This document shows, in pieces, positions 29,342 through 38,980 of a stretch of 64,000 nucleotides of DNA; the first letter of the stretch is position 1; each line of letters opens with the position of its first letter. Source of the stretch: Candidatus Poribacteria bacterium (GTDB lineage Bacteria > Poribacteria > WGA-4E > WGA-3G); the NCBI GenBank assembly GCA_965242965.1, contig OZ251518.1:3136001-3200000 (forward strand), written 5' to 3'. The translations under genes and the position numbers were made by a program. Under the pieces are notes generated by a model that saw only the letters and a list, made by a program, of their open reading frames with translations, searched no databases and was not told where the DNA came from.

Positions 29342-29832
29342 TTGTCGTCCAGCGCGCCGTTGCGCTTCTCGACGGGGTTGGGTTCGGTGAAGCGTTTGCC
29401 GGCGGCTTCCGCAGCCTTCCGACGAGCATCCCACTCAAGCCACTCGCGGCTCTCACGTTCCTTGCCGCGTGCTTCGCCGATAGCCTCGCCGAGTTTCCTG
29501 CCACGTGCCTCGCCGATAGCCTCGCGCTTCTGCTGCCGCTCCTCAATCCGTTCCTTAACCAAACCATACAAAATCATCGGAACCTCCACTCCTAGAAATA
29601 GAACCAGCACGGGAATCGCCGCCGCTGTCGGAATCGCCGTCGTGATGTCAACGACAATTGCCCGCACCGTCTCATAGCCAGTCCAGCCTTTGGACAGGTG
29701 ATAACTAATCGCCATGCCACCATAAACCGAGATGAGGATGCAAAACATGAATAGCGCGATACCTACCCATGCCCGCCGGACACCTAAAAACTGCACCCAA
29801 TCTCTATCTTTGTGCTGCTCCTCTTTTTTCAT
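29338..29832 (-). CDS. Two-TM protein with coiled-coil tail; internal GGAGG-ATG at 29577
   Basis: WVQFLGVRRAW, two TMs, then MILYGLVKERIEER...WLEWDARRKAAEAAGKRFTEPNP; own TTGACA promoter near 29900. Confidence 0.75.
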   Translation of the reverse strand: MKKEEQHKDRDWVQFLGVRRAWVGIALFMFCILISVYGGMAISYHLSKGWTGYETVRAIVVDITTAIPTAAAIPVLVLFLGVEVPMILYGLVKERIEERQQKREAIGEARGRKLGEAIGEARGKERESREWLEWDARRKAAEAAGKRFTEPNPVEKRNGALDDK

Positions 29833-29911
29833 ACACAGCTTCCTTCGCCTCGCGCATGGAGGCATAATTGCATTTTAACACAAATCGACAGAGATGTCAA
29901 GGACGGCGCGG

Positions 29912-31156
29912 TTAATAGCCGAACCACTCTTTAACGCGTTGCATCAGCGCGCCGACACCGCTCGGACGTTGCCGTGAAGATAACTCCAGTGCTTGGCGGC
30001 GGAGCGCGCTGCCGTAAAGCACTAATCCGATGCCGGTGGCATACATTGGATGATTCACCCTATCGGTGAGCCCCTTCAGTTCTTTCGGGTAACCTACCTG
30101 CACACGCACCGGGATGAGCTGTTCAGCGAGTTCGGTTAAGCCGTCCATCAGCGCGGTGCCGCCTGTCAGCACCAATCCGGCAGGGAGTTGCATATCAGGG
30201 TGTTGCATATCGCCGAGTTCGTCGGCGAGTGCATCGAAAATTTCTACCATCCGATATTCAATGATTTGCGCCAGATCGACTTTATCAATGAAGCGTGGGC
30301 GGTTCGTGCCGACTACTGTCGGAATCGGTTCGGCATCCTCCGGGCCGACGAGTGCTGTCCACGCGCAGCCGCGGTGGAGTTTCAATTCCTCTGCTTCGGG
30401 GAGCGTTACTTTTAAATACTGCGCGATATCGTTAGTGACGTGTTGCCCGCCTATCGGCAGGACAGCCGTGTGCTGGATGGCATCTTCTTTGTAAATGATG
30501 ATTTCTGTCGTGCCATCGCCGATGTCGGCAAGCGCGATGCCTACCTCGCGTTCGTCTTGCGATAACACCGCTTCTGTTGATGCCAAAGGCGAGGCGACAA
30601 GCGTTTCCACGTGTGTTAATCCGGCTTTCTCGATGCTGTTTAGCAGATTCTGCATCGCTGTCACGCCGCTGGTGATGATGTAAGCATAAGCCTCAAGGCG
30701 CGCGCCCGACATGCCAACGGGCTCCTTGATGCGATTCTGCGTATCCACGACGAAATTCTGCTCGATGACGTGCAAAATATCACGTCCCGCAGGGATAGAG
30801 ACTGCGCGCGCCGCTGTCATCGCGCGCTCCACATCTTCCTGCGAAATCTCTGGCACACTGGCGACAGCAACGACACCGTGCGAAGTCTGTCCGACGATGT
30901 GATCCCCCGAGATACCGACGCATGCAGATTCTATTGTTACACCGGACATCAGTTCCGCATCGGAGATGGCTTTGCGGATGGCCTCCGCCGTTTGCGCGAT
31001 GTCCACGACGCTCCCTCTGCGCACGCCTTCCGAAGTTGCATGGCCAACGCCGATAATCTCCACGCCTTCCCGCTGTCCCTGCCACGTATTGCCGACGACG
31101 ACAGAAATTTTGCTTGAGCCGATGTCTAGCCCGGCGATAATACTTTCCTTAGCCAT
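29912..31156 (-). CDS. ftsA: Cell division protein FtsA
   Basis: GLDIGSSKI, DIGDGTT, VLTGGTA, YATGIGL. Confidence 0.96.
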   Translation of the reverse strand: MAKESIIAGLDIGSSKISVVVGNTWQGQREGVEIIGVGHATSEGVRRGSVVDIAQTAEAIRKAISDAELMSGVTIESACVGISGDHIVGQTSHGVVAVASVPEISQEDVERAMTAARAVSIPAGRDILHVIEQNFVVDTQNRIKEPVGMSGARLEAYAYIITSGVTAMQNLLNSIEKAGLTHVETLVASPLASTEAVLSQDEREVGIALADIGDGTTEIIIYKEDAIQHTAVLPIGGQHVTNDIAQYLKVTLPEAEELKLHRGCAWTALVGPEDAEPIPTVVGTNRPRFIDKVDLAQIIEYRMVEIFDALADELGDMQHPDMQLPAGLVLTGGTALMDGLTELAEQLIPVRVQVGYPKELKGLTDRVNHPMYATGIGLVLYGSALRRQALELSSRQRPSGVGALMQRVKEWFGY

Positions 31157-32113
31157 TTACCTGTTTTCACTCCCCAAATAGATTGCATCCTCAAACCTTG
31201 CGTCTAAATACGTCCATGTTTCTTGCTCGGTAGGCATCCTCCTTGAGCCGTCCACCAATTCCCCACTGCCGGTGGAGAGCGGGGTGCTCTGTCTCCCTTT
31301 TGCCCAGCCCGATTCTTGTTTCAAGAAGAGTTCAGTGTAGTGGAGTCCTCTCGCTATCGCGTCTTCGGCAATCCATGCCTGCACGCCGCCGTGCTCGCCA
31401 AGCTGCAGTTGGATTCTCTGTGCGTCGCGCGCATCGATGCGCATCACCTGTCTCACGAACGGCGTGTCCCGGCGCAACACCTGTTCTAACACGGCGAGCC
31501 CTAGCACCACCGCAGGCGTTTGCACGGCTGTTCCGACTACCGGCAACGCATCCCCTTCGGCGAGGAGCGTCACCGCATCAACAGCGGACGACTCCGCCAC
31601 AGCGGACGACTCAGGCACGATAGATTCTAACACATACCCCTCTCTATCTAACAGAAAAAATTGCGTCTCCACGCTATTATCGTGCGATGCGCTGAATTGG
31701 AGACGCGCGAACGGCGCGCGCTCGGTTACCTCTATCGTCAGCACCCGTTTCATCAAATGCTTTGATATCCGCGCGTCCTTGATATAACTCAGGTTCTCCT
31801 TGAGATACGTCGCCGCCCGTTCTTCGGATTCGGTGACGATATTGTCAAGATTCGCGCCTAAAACATCGTAAATCACACGCTCCGTGTAGTGAACGTTGCC
31901 AGAGACTTCTACTGTGACGTGTTCAACCCGAAAAAAGTTGAGAAGTGTTTTCCCGCCGAATGCTAACGTTACAGTCACAGCGATGAAAACGATGAGCCGC
32001 CGCCAGAGATACACCTTCGCATGCCGACGCGGCGCGCCTAGCTGCTGCGGTGTTGATGATGGCGTGCTGCCGGGAACGCGGCGTGAATGTGTGGGAGTTT
32101 GTATCGTTTTCAT
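31157..32113 (-). CDS. ftsQ: FtsQ/DivIB-like POTRA protein
   Basis: One TM, VEVSGN..POTRA, IEVTER, YLDARF; located between murC and ftsA. Confidence 0.75.
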   Translation of the reverse strand: MKTIQTPTHSRRVPGSTPSSTPQQLGAPRRHAKVYLWRRLIVFIAVTVTLAFGGKTLLNFFRVEHVTVEVSGNVHYTERVIYDVLGANLDNIVTESEERAATYLKENLSYIKDARISKHLMKRVLTIEVTERAPFARLQFSASHDNSVETQFFLLDREGYVLESIVPESSAVAESSAVDAVTLLAEGDALPVVGTAVQTPAVVLGLAVLEQVLRRDTPFVRQVMRIDARDAQRIQLQLGEHGGVQAWIAEDAIARGLHYTELFLKQESGWAKGRQSTPLSTGSGELVDGSRRMPTEQETWTYLDARFEDAIYLGSENR

Positions 32114-32123
32114 CGCTTAAATC

Positions 32124-33539
32124 TCACTGCATCTGTTTGCGCGCTAAGAACTCATGTCCGACTTTATTAATGTCGCCCGCGCCCAACGTCATCACAATAT
32201 CACCCGGACGCGTGATGTCCATGAGGCAATCCGTAACGTCCCCCATTTCGGGAACGTAAATGACGTGCCGATGGCCGTGCGCGCGAATCGCTTCCGCCAG
32301 TTTCTCACCGGTGACGTTCTGAATCTCCGCCTCGCCGGCACCGTAGATGGGGGTGACAATCAGCACATCTGCCTGATAGAAAGAGCGGCAGAATTCGTCC
32401 ACTAAATCGCGCACCCGCTGATGGCGATGCGGTTGGAAGACACCGACGATGCGGCGTTTGTAACCCTCGCGCGCGCCGTTCAACGCCGCTTTCAACTTCG
32501 CCGGATTGTGCGCGTAATCGTCCACCACGATGATGTCATCTGCCTCACCAAGCACCTCGAACCGGCGATGCACCCCTTGGAACGATTCAAGACTCTCCCG
32601 AATCTGCTCAAACGGGATGTCCAATTCAAGCCCAACGGCGATAGCCGCCAGCGAATTCGCGATGTTATGACGGCCCGGCATTTTGAGATGCACTTCGCCT
32701 AAGGTTTCGTTTCGTAGCCCGGCGGTATCGTGCGAGGCGCGGACGCGATAACGAGAAGTCGGTCCTTCCACGCGAATGCCTTCTGCCACTAAGTCTGCCC
32801 GCGTCTCAAGCCCATAGGTAACATACCGCTTCTCCACGCGCGGGATAAACTTCTGAACGTTCTCGCTATCCAAGCAAAGCACCGATGTGCCGTAGAAAGG
32901 CACTTTGTTGATGAATTTGAGGAACGTCTCGCCAATCTCGTCAACGCTCTTGTAATAGTCGAGATGGTCTGCATCAACCGAGGTAACTACCGCAACCGTC
33001 GGATAAAACATCTCTATTGAACCGTATGCCTCGTCCGCCTCAACTATCATGACTTCGCCGTCGCCGCTGCGCGCATGACTGCCGTTGACGAGTTTCCCAC
33101 CGACGACAACCGTCGGATCCAAGCCTCGCAGCACCGCTGCTGTCATCGCCGTTGTGGTGGTTTTGCCGTGCGTGCCGCTGACTGCGACGCTGTAGCGCAT
33201 CCGCGTAATCTCGTTGAGCATCTCCGCACCCCGGACAATAGGGATTTTCTGTATCCTCGCGGCGATGAGTTCCGGGTTATCTGCAGGAATCGCGGGCGAT
33301 TTGACGACGACATCTGCGCCGTTGAGGTTCGCCGCGGCGTGTCCGTAATGGACGGTCGCGCCCCGCGCGCGCAGTTGTTCTGTCGTCTCTGAATGCCGAA
33401 GATCGGAACCGGTGATGTGAAATCCCAAGTCAAGGAGGATTTCGGTGATGCCGCTTAACCCGGCACCGCCGATACCGATAACATGGATGTGTTGCGTTTT
33501 TCCGAACATATTTTTAACCCTTTTCCCTATAGATGGCAT
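32124..33539 (-). CDS. murC: UDP-N-acetylmuramate--L-alanine ligase
   Basis: HVIGIGGAGLSG, GTHGKTTTT, EADE, DDYAHNP, FQPHR. Confidence 0.95.
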   Translation of the reverse strand: MPSIGKRVKNMFGKTQHIHVIGIGGAGLSGITEILLDLGFHITGSDLRHSETTEQLRARGATVHYGHAAANLNGADVVVKSPAIPADNPELIAARIQKIPIVRGAEMLNEITRMRYSVAVSGTHGKTTTTAMTAAVLRGLDPTVVVGGKLVNGSHARSGDGEVMIVEADEAYGSIEMFYPTVAVVTSVDADHLDYYKSVDEIGETFLKFINKVPFYGTSVLCLDSENVQKFIPRVEKRYVTYGLETRADLVAEGIRVEGPTSRYRVRASHDTAGLRNETLGEVHLKMPGRHNIANSLAAIAVGLELDIPFEQIRESLESFQGVHRRFEVLGEADDIIVVDDYAHNPAKLKAALNGAREGYKRRIVGVFQPHRHQRVRDLVDEFCRSFYQADVLIVTPIYGAGEAEIQNVTGEKLAEAIRAHGHRHVIYVPEMGDVTDCLMDITRPGDIVMTLGAGDINKVGHEFLARKQMQ

Positions 33540-34655
33540 CTATGGAATTTGCGCAAGAATCGCCTTCGCAATGTCCTCGCTTGCGTGCGGTTTACCGATA
33601 GCGCGGCTCGCCGTTACCATCTGCTGATACACCTTCTCATCTGTCGTCAGCCGCGTCAGATGTTTCACCAATTCGTCAATCGTAAACGCGCCTTGTTCTA
33701 ACACGATGGCTGCGCCTGCATCGGCGACGGTGTGCGCGTTTAATACCTGATTATTGCCGGTTTGCGCCGGTAAGGGGATGAAAATCGCCGGGATACCGCA
33801 CGCTGTCACCTCCGAAACCGTCATCCCGCCGGCGCGACACACCATCACATCGGCGATACTGTAAACCTCTTCGACGGTATCAAAGAAGGGTTGCACGCGG
33901 TGGATGAGCCTTGTTTCTGCATAAGCCGCCTTGACTTCTTCGGCATCCGCTTCCCCGGTCTGATGCACGATTTGGATGTGCTCGCGCAATGGCGTTAACT
34001 GCGGAAGTGCCATCATGAGTGCTTCGTTGATGGCGTGCGCGCCTTGACTGCCGCCCATCACAAATACCGTTTTCCGGTCTGGACACAAATCGTATTTTTG
34101 ATAGGTTGCCTCCGTTCGTTCATAAGCCGTAATTGCGGGACGAATCGGGTTGCCGGTTACTTTCACGCTCTCCTGCGGAAACTTGGCCGCCGCTGGTGCC
34201 AATGCGAGATAGGCTGCCTTCGTCCAGCGCGCTAAAATCGCGTTCGTCAAGCCGACAGAGGCGTTTTGTTCCTGCACCGCAATTGGCACCTGGCGTAGCA
34301 CGCCGGCGAAAAGCACGGGGCCCGAAACATAGCCGCCCGTGCCAATCACGAAATCAGGGTTCAGTGTTTTGATATGCCGCAGCGATTGTAGCACCCCCCG
34401 AAACGCTTTCCACAGCACCGGTGCCCATTGCAAGGTGAGTCTGCGCGGAAACCCCGCCACGGTAATCGGCAGGAAAGGAAAACCGTGCTTCGGGACGAGC
34501 GTCGCCTCTAATCGGTTCTCGCCGCCGATGAAGGTAATGTCAATATCCGGTTCCAAGCGTTTCAGTGCTTGGGCGATACCGATGGCGGGATAGATATGTC
34601 CGCCGGTGCCGCCGCCTGACATGACGATGCGTTTGTTCTTCATGACTTTCTTCAT
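33540..34655 (-). CDS. murG: Lipid II GlcNAc transferase
   Basis: GGGTGGHIYP, GTGGYVSGP, EQN, GNPIR, GGSQGA, RAGGMT. Confidence 0.96.
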   Translation of the reverse strand: MKKVMKNKRIVMSGGGTGGHIYPAIGIAQALKRLEPDIDITFIGGENRLEATLVPKHGFPFLPITVAGFPRRLTLQWAPVLWKAFRGVLQSLRHIKTLNPDFVIGTGGYVSGPVLFAGVLRQVPIAVQEQNASVGLTNAILARWTKAAYLALAPAAAKFPQESVKVTGNPIRPAITAYERTEATYQKYDLCPDRKTVFVMGGSQGAHAINEALMMALPQLTPLREHIQIVHQTGEADAEEVKAAYAETRLIHRVQPFFDTVEEVYSIADVMVCRAGGMTVSEVTACGIPAIFIPLPAQTGNNQVLNAHTVADAGAAIVLEQGAFTIDELVKHLTRLTTDEKVYQQMVTASRAIGKPHASEDIAKAILAQIP

Positions 34656-35890
34656 GATTGCCTCACGTTTGCCGGCGGTTCGCGATGCACACGGGAGATA
34701 TTGAGCAAAATCCCGACACTGACGAGACTCAGCACAATTGAGGAACCGCCGTAACTGATGAAGGGCAGCGTAATCCCTTTCGTCGGCAAAATACCGGTGA
34801 CAACGCCGATGTTGATGAACGCCTGTAAGCCGATGAGTGTTGTCATGCCGATGGCGAGGAGGCCGCCAAACCTATCATCGGCGTGGCGCGCGATGTGCAA
34901 CCCACGCCAGACAAACAGCATGAAAAGTAACGTGATAGCCGCCGTGCCGATAAACCCGAACTCCTCGCCTAGCACGGAGAAGATGAAATCGGTGTGCGGG
35001 TAAGGCAGTCTCACAATCTTCAGCGCGCTGTTATCAATACCCACACCGAGAAAGCCCCCAGAACTAAGCGCGTCAAGCGAATGCCCTAACTGATAGTTCG
35101 CTGCGTCCGGCGATTTCCACAGTGCGAAGTAATCGAGGAACCGCTGTAATCGATAAGGATCTTTGATAATCAGCACCGCGAGCATGGCGACACCTGCGCC
35201 GGCGAGCAGCAACGTATGCACAATGCGGATGCCGCCGACGAATAGCACAATGCACACCGTCGCCGCGAGCAGGAGAGCCGAACCGAAGTCGGGTTGCGCC
35301 GCGACAAGGGCAAACGCGCCGCCTAAAACCAGCATGTTCGGCACGATGCCGTTAAAAAAACTTTTCACTTTCTCCGGATGCCGACTTAGAAACGTGGCGA
35401 CGTGGATGACGAGGGCAATCTTAGCGAATTCCACGGGTTGAAAGTTTATCGGTAACGGGCCGAGGCGTATCCATCGGTTAAACCTGCCGCCTTCCGCTCC
35501 CTGCACACTCGCGCTCAGCTGCGGCACGAACACTAACGCTAAACCGATAAACGCGAGGATGAGAATCTTCGTCGCATGCCGCGTGTAAAAGCGGTAGGGG
35601 ATATGCGAGACGACATACATGCCGACTAACCCGATGACACAAGCGATAACGTGTATCTGTAGATACCGATAACTGTTCCCTTCATAGATGCGTGAGGAGA
35701 GGAGGTGACTTGCGCTATACACCATCAAAATCCCCGTCGCGAGGAGAAGACAGGTAAGCACACTGAGCCCTTTATCCAATTTCTCAGGAGGGTTCAGAAC
35801 GGCAGCCGCTGGTTGTTCCGTTTTATTGAAGGTGAAAGACGTGAACCGGTTTGTCGACTGGTTCTTGTCCTGTTTAAGTAGGAATTTCAT
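34652..35890 (-). CDS. ftsW: Peptidoglycan polymerase FtsW
   Basis: MVYSAS, RWI..FQPVEFAK, QPDFG, HTDFIF, KGITLPFISYGGSS. Confidence 0.93.
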   Translation of the reverse strand: MKFLLKQDKNQSTNRFTSFTFNKTEQPAAAVLNPPEKLDKGLSVLTCLLLATGILMVYSASHLLSSRIYEGNSYRYLQIHVIACVIGLVGMYVVSHIPYRFYTRHATKILILAFIGLALVFVPQLSASVQGAEGGRFNRWIRLGPLPINFQPVEFAKIALVIHVATFLSRHPEKVKSFFNGIVPNMLVLGGAFALVAAQPDFGSALLLAATVCIVLFVGGIRIVHTLLLAGAGVAMLAVLIIKDPYRLQRFLDYFALWKSPDAANYQLGHSLDALSSGGFLGVGIDNSALKIVRLPYPHTDFIFSVLGEEFGFIGTAAITLLFMLFVWRGLHIARHADDRFGGLLAIGMTTLIGLQAFINIGVVTGILPTKGITLPFISYGGSSIVLSLVSVGILLNISRVHREPPANVRQS

Positions 35891-37361
35891 GAACAGCCTC
35901 TTTGAACGCGTCGCCGCGCGCTTTATAGTCGGTGAACATATCAAAACTGGCATTGGCAGGTGAGAGCAACACCACATCGCCCGGTGCAGCATTCGCGAAG
36001 CCTATCTGCACCGCTTCTGTCATCGATGCCGCGTGAAATATATCTGTCAACCCGCTCAAACTTTCTTCAAGGCGTTGCGTGTGCTTTCCGAGCAGAATTG
36101 CCCCTTTCACGCGCTGCCGAATCAGGGATGTCAGCGGCGTGTAGTCATTGCCTTTATCAACACCCCCGGCGATGAGCCATACATTTCGTGTCCGATGGCC
36201 CGGTTTCTCTCGCGCTCCGGCGGATGATGTGCAAGTCTTCCCGGTAGGCGAGCCCTCCTGGTCTCGATTCCCCCCGGTAGGCGAGCCCTCCTGGTCTCGA
36301 TGCACAGTCCCGCGCGCTACGGTGGATGATGTGCAAGACTCTACCGATTCAAGGGCAGCTTTAACAGCCGCGACGTTCGTCGCCTTGGAGTCGTTGATAA
36401 ATTGGACACCGTTGTGCGTCTTCACGAGTTCAAACGCATGCGCGAAGGCAGGATGCCCGCGGTCAAAATTTTTCAACGCCTCCCGAATCTGGCTATCTGT
36501 CACGCCAAAAATCTTCGCCACGGTGATAGCGGCGAGGGCATTTTGCACGTTATGCACACCCGGTATCGGGACAGAAGCCGCCCATTTTTCGGAAGGTTCG
36601 TCTGTCCAATACATTACCTGCGCCGAGGTGCAGGACGCGAAACGCGCACTGCAATCGTAACGATTTAAGACTAGCCAATCCACCCCAGTCTGGTTCGCGC
36701 ATATCTTTTGTTTCGCCGCGTCATAAGCCGCCATGGAGCCGTGTCTATCAAGATGGTCTGGGCTAATATTCAGCACGACGCTGACATGCGGATGAAACGT
36801 CACGGTGCTCTCTAATTGAAAACTGCTCGCCTCCAAAACGACAATATCGCGGGGTGTTAGGTGCTGCACTTCTGCAGCAAGCGGCACACCGATATTCCCC
36901 GCGACACAGACATGCTTAAACGTGCCGCCGGCTTTAAGGAGCGCGGCTGTCAAAAGCGTCGTCGTCGATTTGCCTTTCGTTCCCGTAATCGCGACGATAG
37001 GCGCGGGACAGACGCGCGCCGATACCTCTAATTCTCCCCAAATTGGGATATTTTTTGCACGCGCCTCGCGCAGTATCGGGATATCCAACGGCACACCGGG
37101 GGAGACGACAATCAATTCGGCATCGGCGATGCACGCAGCTGGATGCCCACCGAGATAGAGCGTGCCGTTCGGTGCAAACTGACGATAGCGCGCGATTTCT
37201 GTCGCTAATGCCGTCGCGGTGCGCGTATCTGTCACCGCTACCCGCGCGCCGAGTGAAACGAGCAATTCCGCTACGGCGAGCCCGCTACGGTTCAACCCGA
37301 ACACTGTGACACATTTTCCATGCCATTCGTTTTCGTCGGCAAAGTGCGCGTTCTTCTGCAT
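35874..37361 (-). CDS. murD: UDP-MurNAc-L-Ala--D-Glu ligase with an in-frame REP-derived insertion
   Basis: GLNRSG, VVSPGVP, ITGTKGKSTTT, EASSFQL, NDSKATN, LSPANASFDMF; start uncertain (frame open to 37454). Confidence 0.92.
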   Translation of the reverse strand: MQKNAHFADENEWHGKCVTVFGLNRSGLAVAELLVSLGARVAVTDTRTATALATEIARYRQFAPNGTLYLGGHPAACIADAELIVVSPGVPLDIPILREARAKNIPIWGELEVSARVCPAPIVAITGTKGKSTTTLLTAALLKAGGTFKHVCVAGNIGVPLAAEVQHLTPRDIVVLEASSFQLESTVTFHPHVSVVLNISPDHLDRHGSMAAYDAAKQKICANQTGVDWLVLNRYDCSARFASCTSAQVMYWTDEPSEKWAASVPIPGVHNVQNALAAITVAKIFGVTDSQIREALKNFDRGHPAFAHAFELVKTHNGVQFINDSKATNVAAVKAALESVESCTSSTVARGTVHRDQEGSPTGGNRDQEGSPTGKTCTSSAGAREKPGHRTRNVWLIAGGVDKGNDYTPLTSLIRQRVKGAILLGKHTQRLEESLSGLTDIFHAASMTEAVQIGFANAAPGDVVLLSPANASFDMFTDYKARGDAFKEAVHEIPT

Positions 37362-37459
37362 AACTGTCCCAAATTTCCTCATCACATCGGAAATGTTGAT
37401 GGCGTTCCAACGGGTTTCAATAATTACCTTACTTGAAGGTGTTTCATACATCACTGCCT

Positions 37460-37835
37460 TCCCGGTAGGCGAGACCTCCCGGTCTCGATGTTCCCGTAGC
37501 GCGGGGGCCTGTCCCCCGCGATTTCTCGATCACCGTAGGGCGAGGGCCCTCGCATGCCACACGCGCATCCGAGCGGGTTTCCCTCGCCATCGTCCGCGCA
37601 ATCCAACCATTGCGGGGGACAGGCCCCCGCACTACGAAAAAAACGTCTCTTAGGTCTGTAAGACCTTAATGTCTATAGCCCGCGCGCCTGCGAAGAATCC
37701 TGAAAACAAGACGACACGTTTTTCTATAGACATGTAGGACCTAAAGGACCTAAAACGCCACTGCTTGACAATGGCGATCGCGGGGGACAGGCCCCCGCAC
37801 TACGGGAAGATTGAGACTAGGGGTCTCTCCTACCG
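37460..37835. repeat. REP/MITE cluster between mraY and murD
   Basis: gtaggcgagacctcccggtctcga, gtagcgcgggggcctgtcccccgcg and a short MITE at 37652-37751. Confidence 0.75.
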
Positions 37836-37859
37836 AACACATTGAAATATGAAACACCC

Positions 37860-38975
37860 TCACCTTACCTTCAACGTGCTCAACGCTATCAACACCAAAA
37901 TTAGCCCGGCAATCCAGAAACGGATGACAACTTTTGACTCCTTCCACCCCGACAGCAGAAAGTGGTAATGAATAGGGGACATCTTAAACACCCGTTTCCC
38001 GAATGTTCGGAAGGACCAGACTTGGATGATAACCGACAGTGCTTCTGCTACAAAAATGGCACCGACAATCACCAACAAGAACTCCTGTTTTATCAGCAAT
38101 GCAACGGTGCCGAGCGTCGCGCCGAGGGTGAGTGAACCGGTATCCCCCATGAATACCTGCGCGGGATGCGAGTTATACCACAGAAACCCTAAACCCGCGC
38201 CGACTAACGCCGCGCAAAAAATCGTCGCAACTTCACCACTCACAGGGAGATGAAAAATGTTCAGGTATTCCGCAATCTGTCCGTGGCTTGTCATGTATCC
38301 AAGCACGCCTAATGTGCCGGCGACAAACAGCGTGCAGCCGATTGCCAAGCCGTCCATGCCATCCGTTAGATTAACGGCGTTTGACGTGCCGACAATCACC
38401 AGTGTCGCGAAGGGAATAAACAGAATCCCTAACGTCGGACGCACGGCTTTGAAAAACGGCAGACTCAGCGCGGTGCGCGTCGTAACATCGTCACCTACCG
38501 TTGGGCCCCAGCCATAAAGATAGACTGCAATCGCCACTGCGCCGAGTGTCTGCAACCCAATCTTGTGCCATCCTCGGAGTCCTAATGATTGCTGTTTGAC
38601 GAGTTTACTGTAATCATCAAGGAAACCGAGTCCGCCGAACCATAACGTCGTCAGAACCATCATGTAGAGGTAAGCCTGGTCCCACCGACTCCAGAGTAGC
38701 ACCGCTACGAGGACAGAGACGATGATGAGGATGCCGCCCATTGTCGGCGTGCCTGCCTTTTCGTCCCATTCGGTAGATTTCGCCCGCGGTCCGTCCTCAA
38801 GGATATGTTCGCCGATGCGGAGTTGCTTCAGCCGACGAATCATGAACGGCCCCAACACGAGTGAGATGACGAGTGCTGTCGCTGTCGCGTAAATGGCCCG
38901 AAAACTGATATAGCGAAAAATGTTGAACGGCGAAAACGCTTCTACCAGATTTTCGTAAAACAGATGGTAAAACAT
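37860..38975 (-). CDS. mraY: Phospho-MurNAc-pentapeptide transferase
   Basis: KAGTPTMGG, GFLDDY, SNAVNLTDGMDGLA, FMGDTGSL, PIHYHF. Confidence 0.97.
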   Translation of the reverse strand: MFYHLFYENLVEAFSPFNIFRYISFRAIYATATALVISLVLGPFMIRRLKQLRIGEHILEDGPRAKSTEWDEKAGTPTMGGILIIVSVLVAVLLWSRWDQAYLYMMVLTTLWFGGLGFLDDYSKLVKQQSLGLRGWHKIGLQTLGAVAIAVYLYGWGPTVGDDVTTRTALSLPFFKAVRPTLGILFIPFATLVIVGTSNAVNLTDGMDGLAIGCTLFVAGTLGVLGYMTSHGQIAEYLNIFHLPVSGEVATIFCAALVGAGLGFLWYNSHPAQVFMGDTGSLTLGATLGTVALLIKQEFLLVIVGAIFVAEALSVIIQVWSFRTFGKRVFKMSPIHYHFLLSGWKESKVVIRFWIAGLILVLIALSTLKVR

Positions 38976-38980
38976 TTTTC

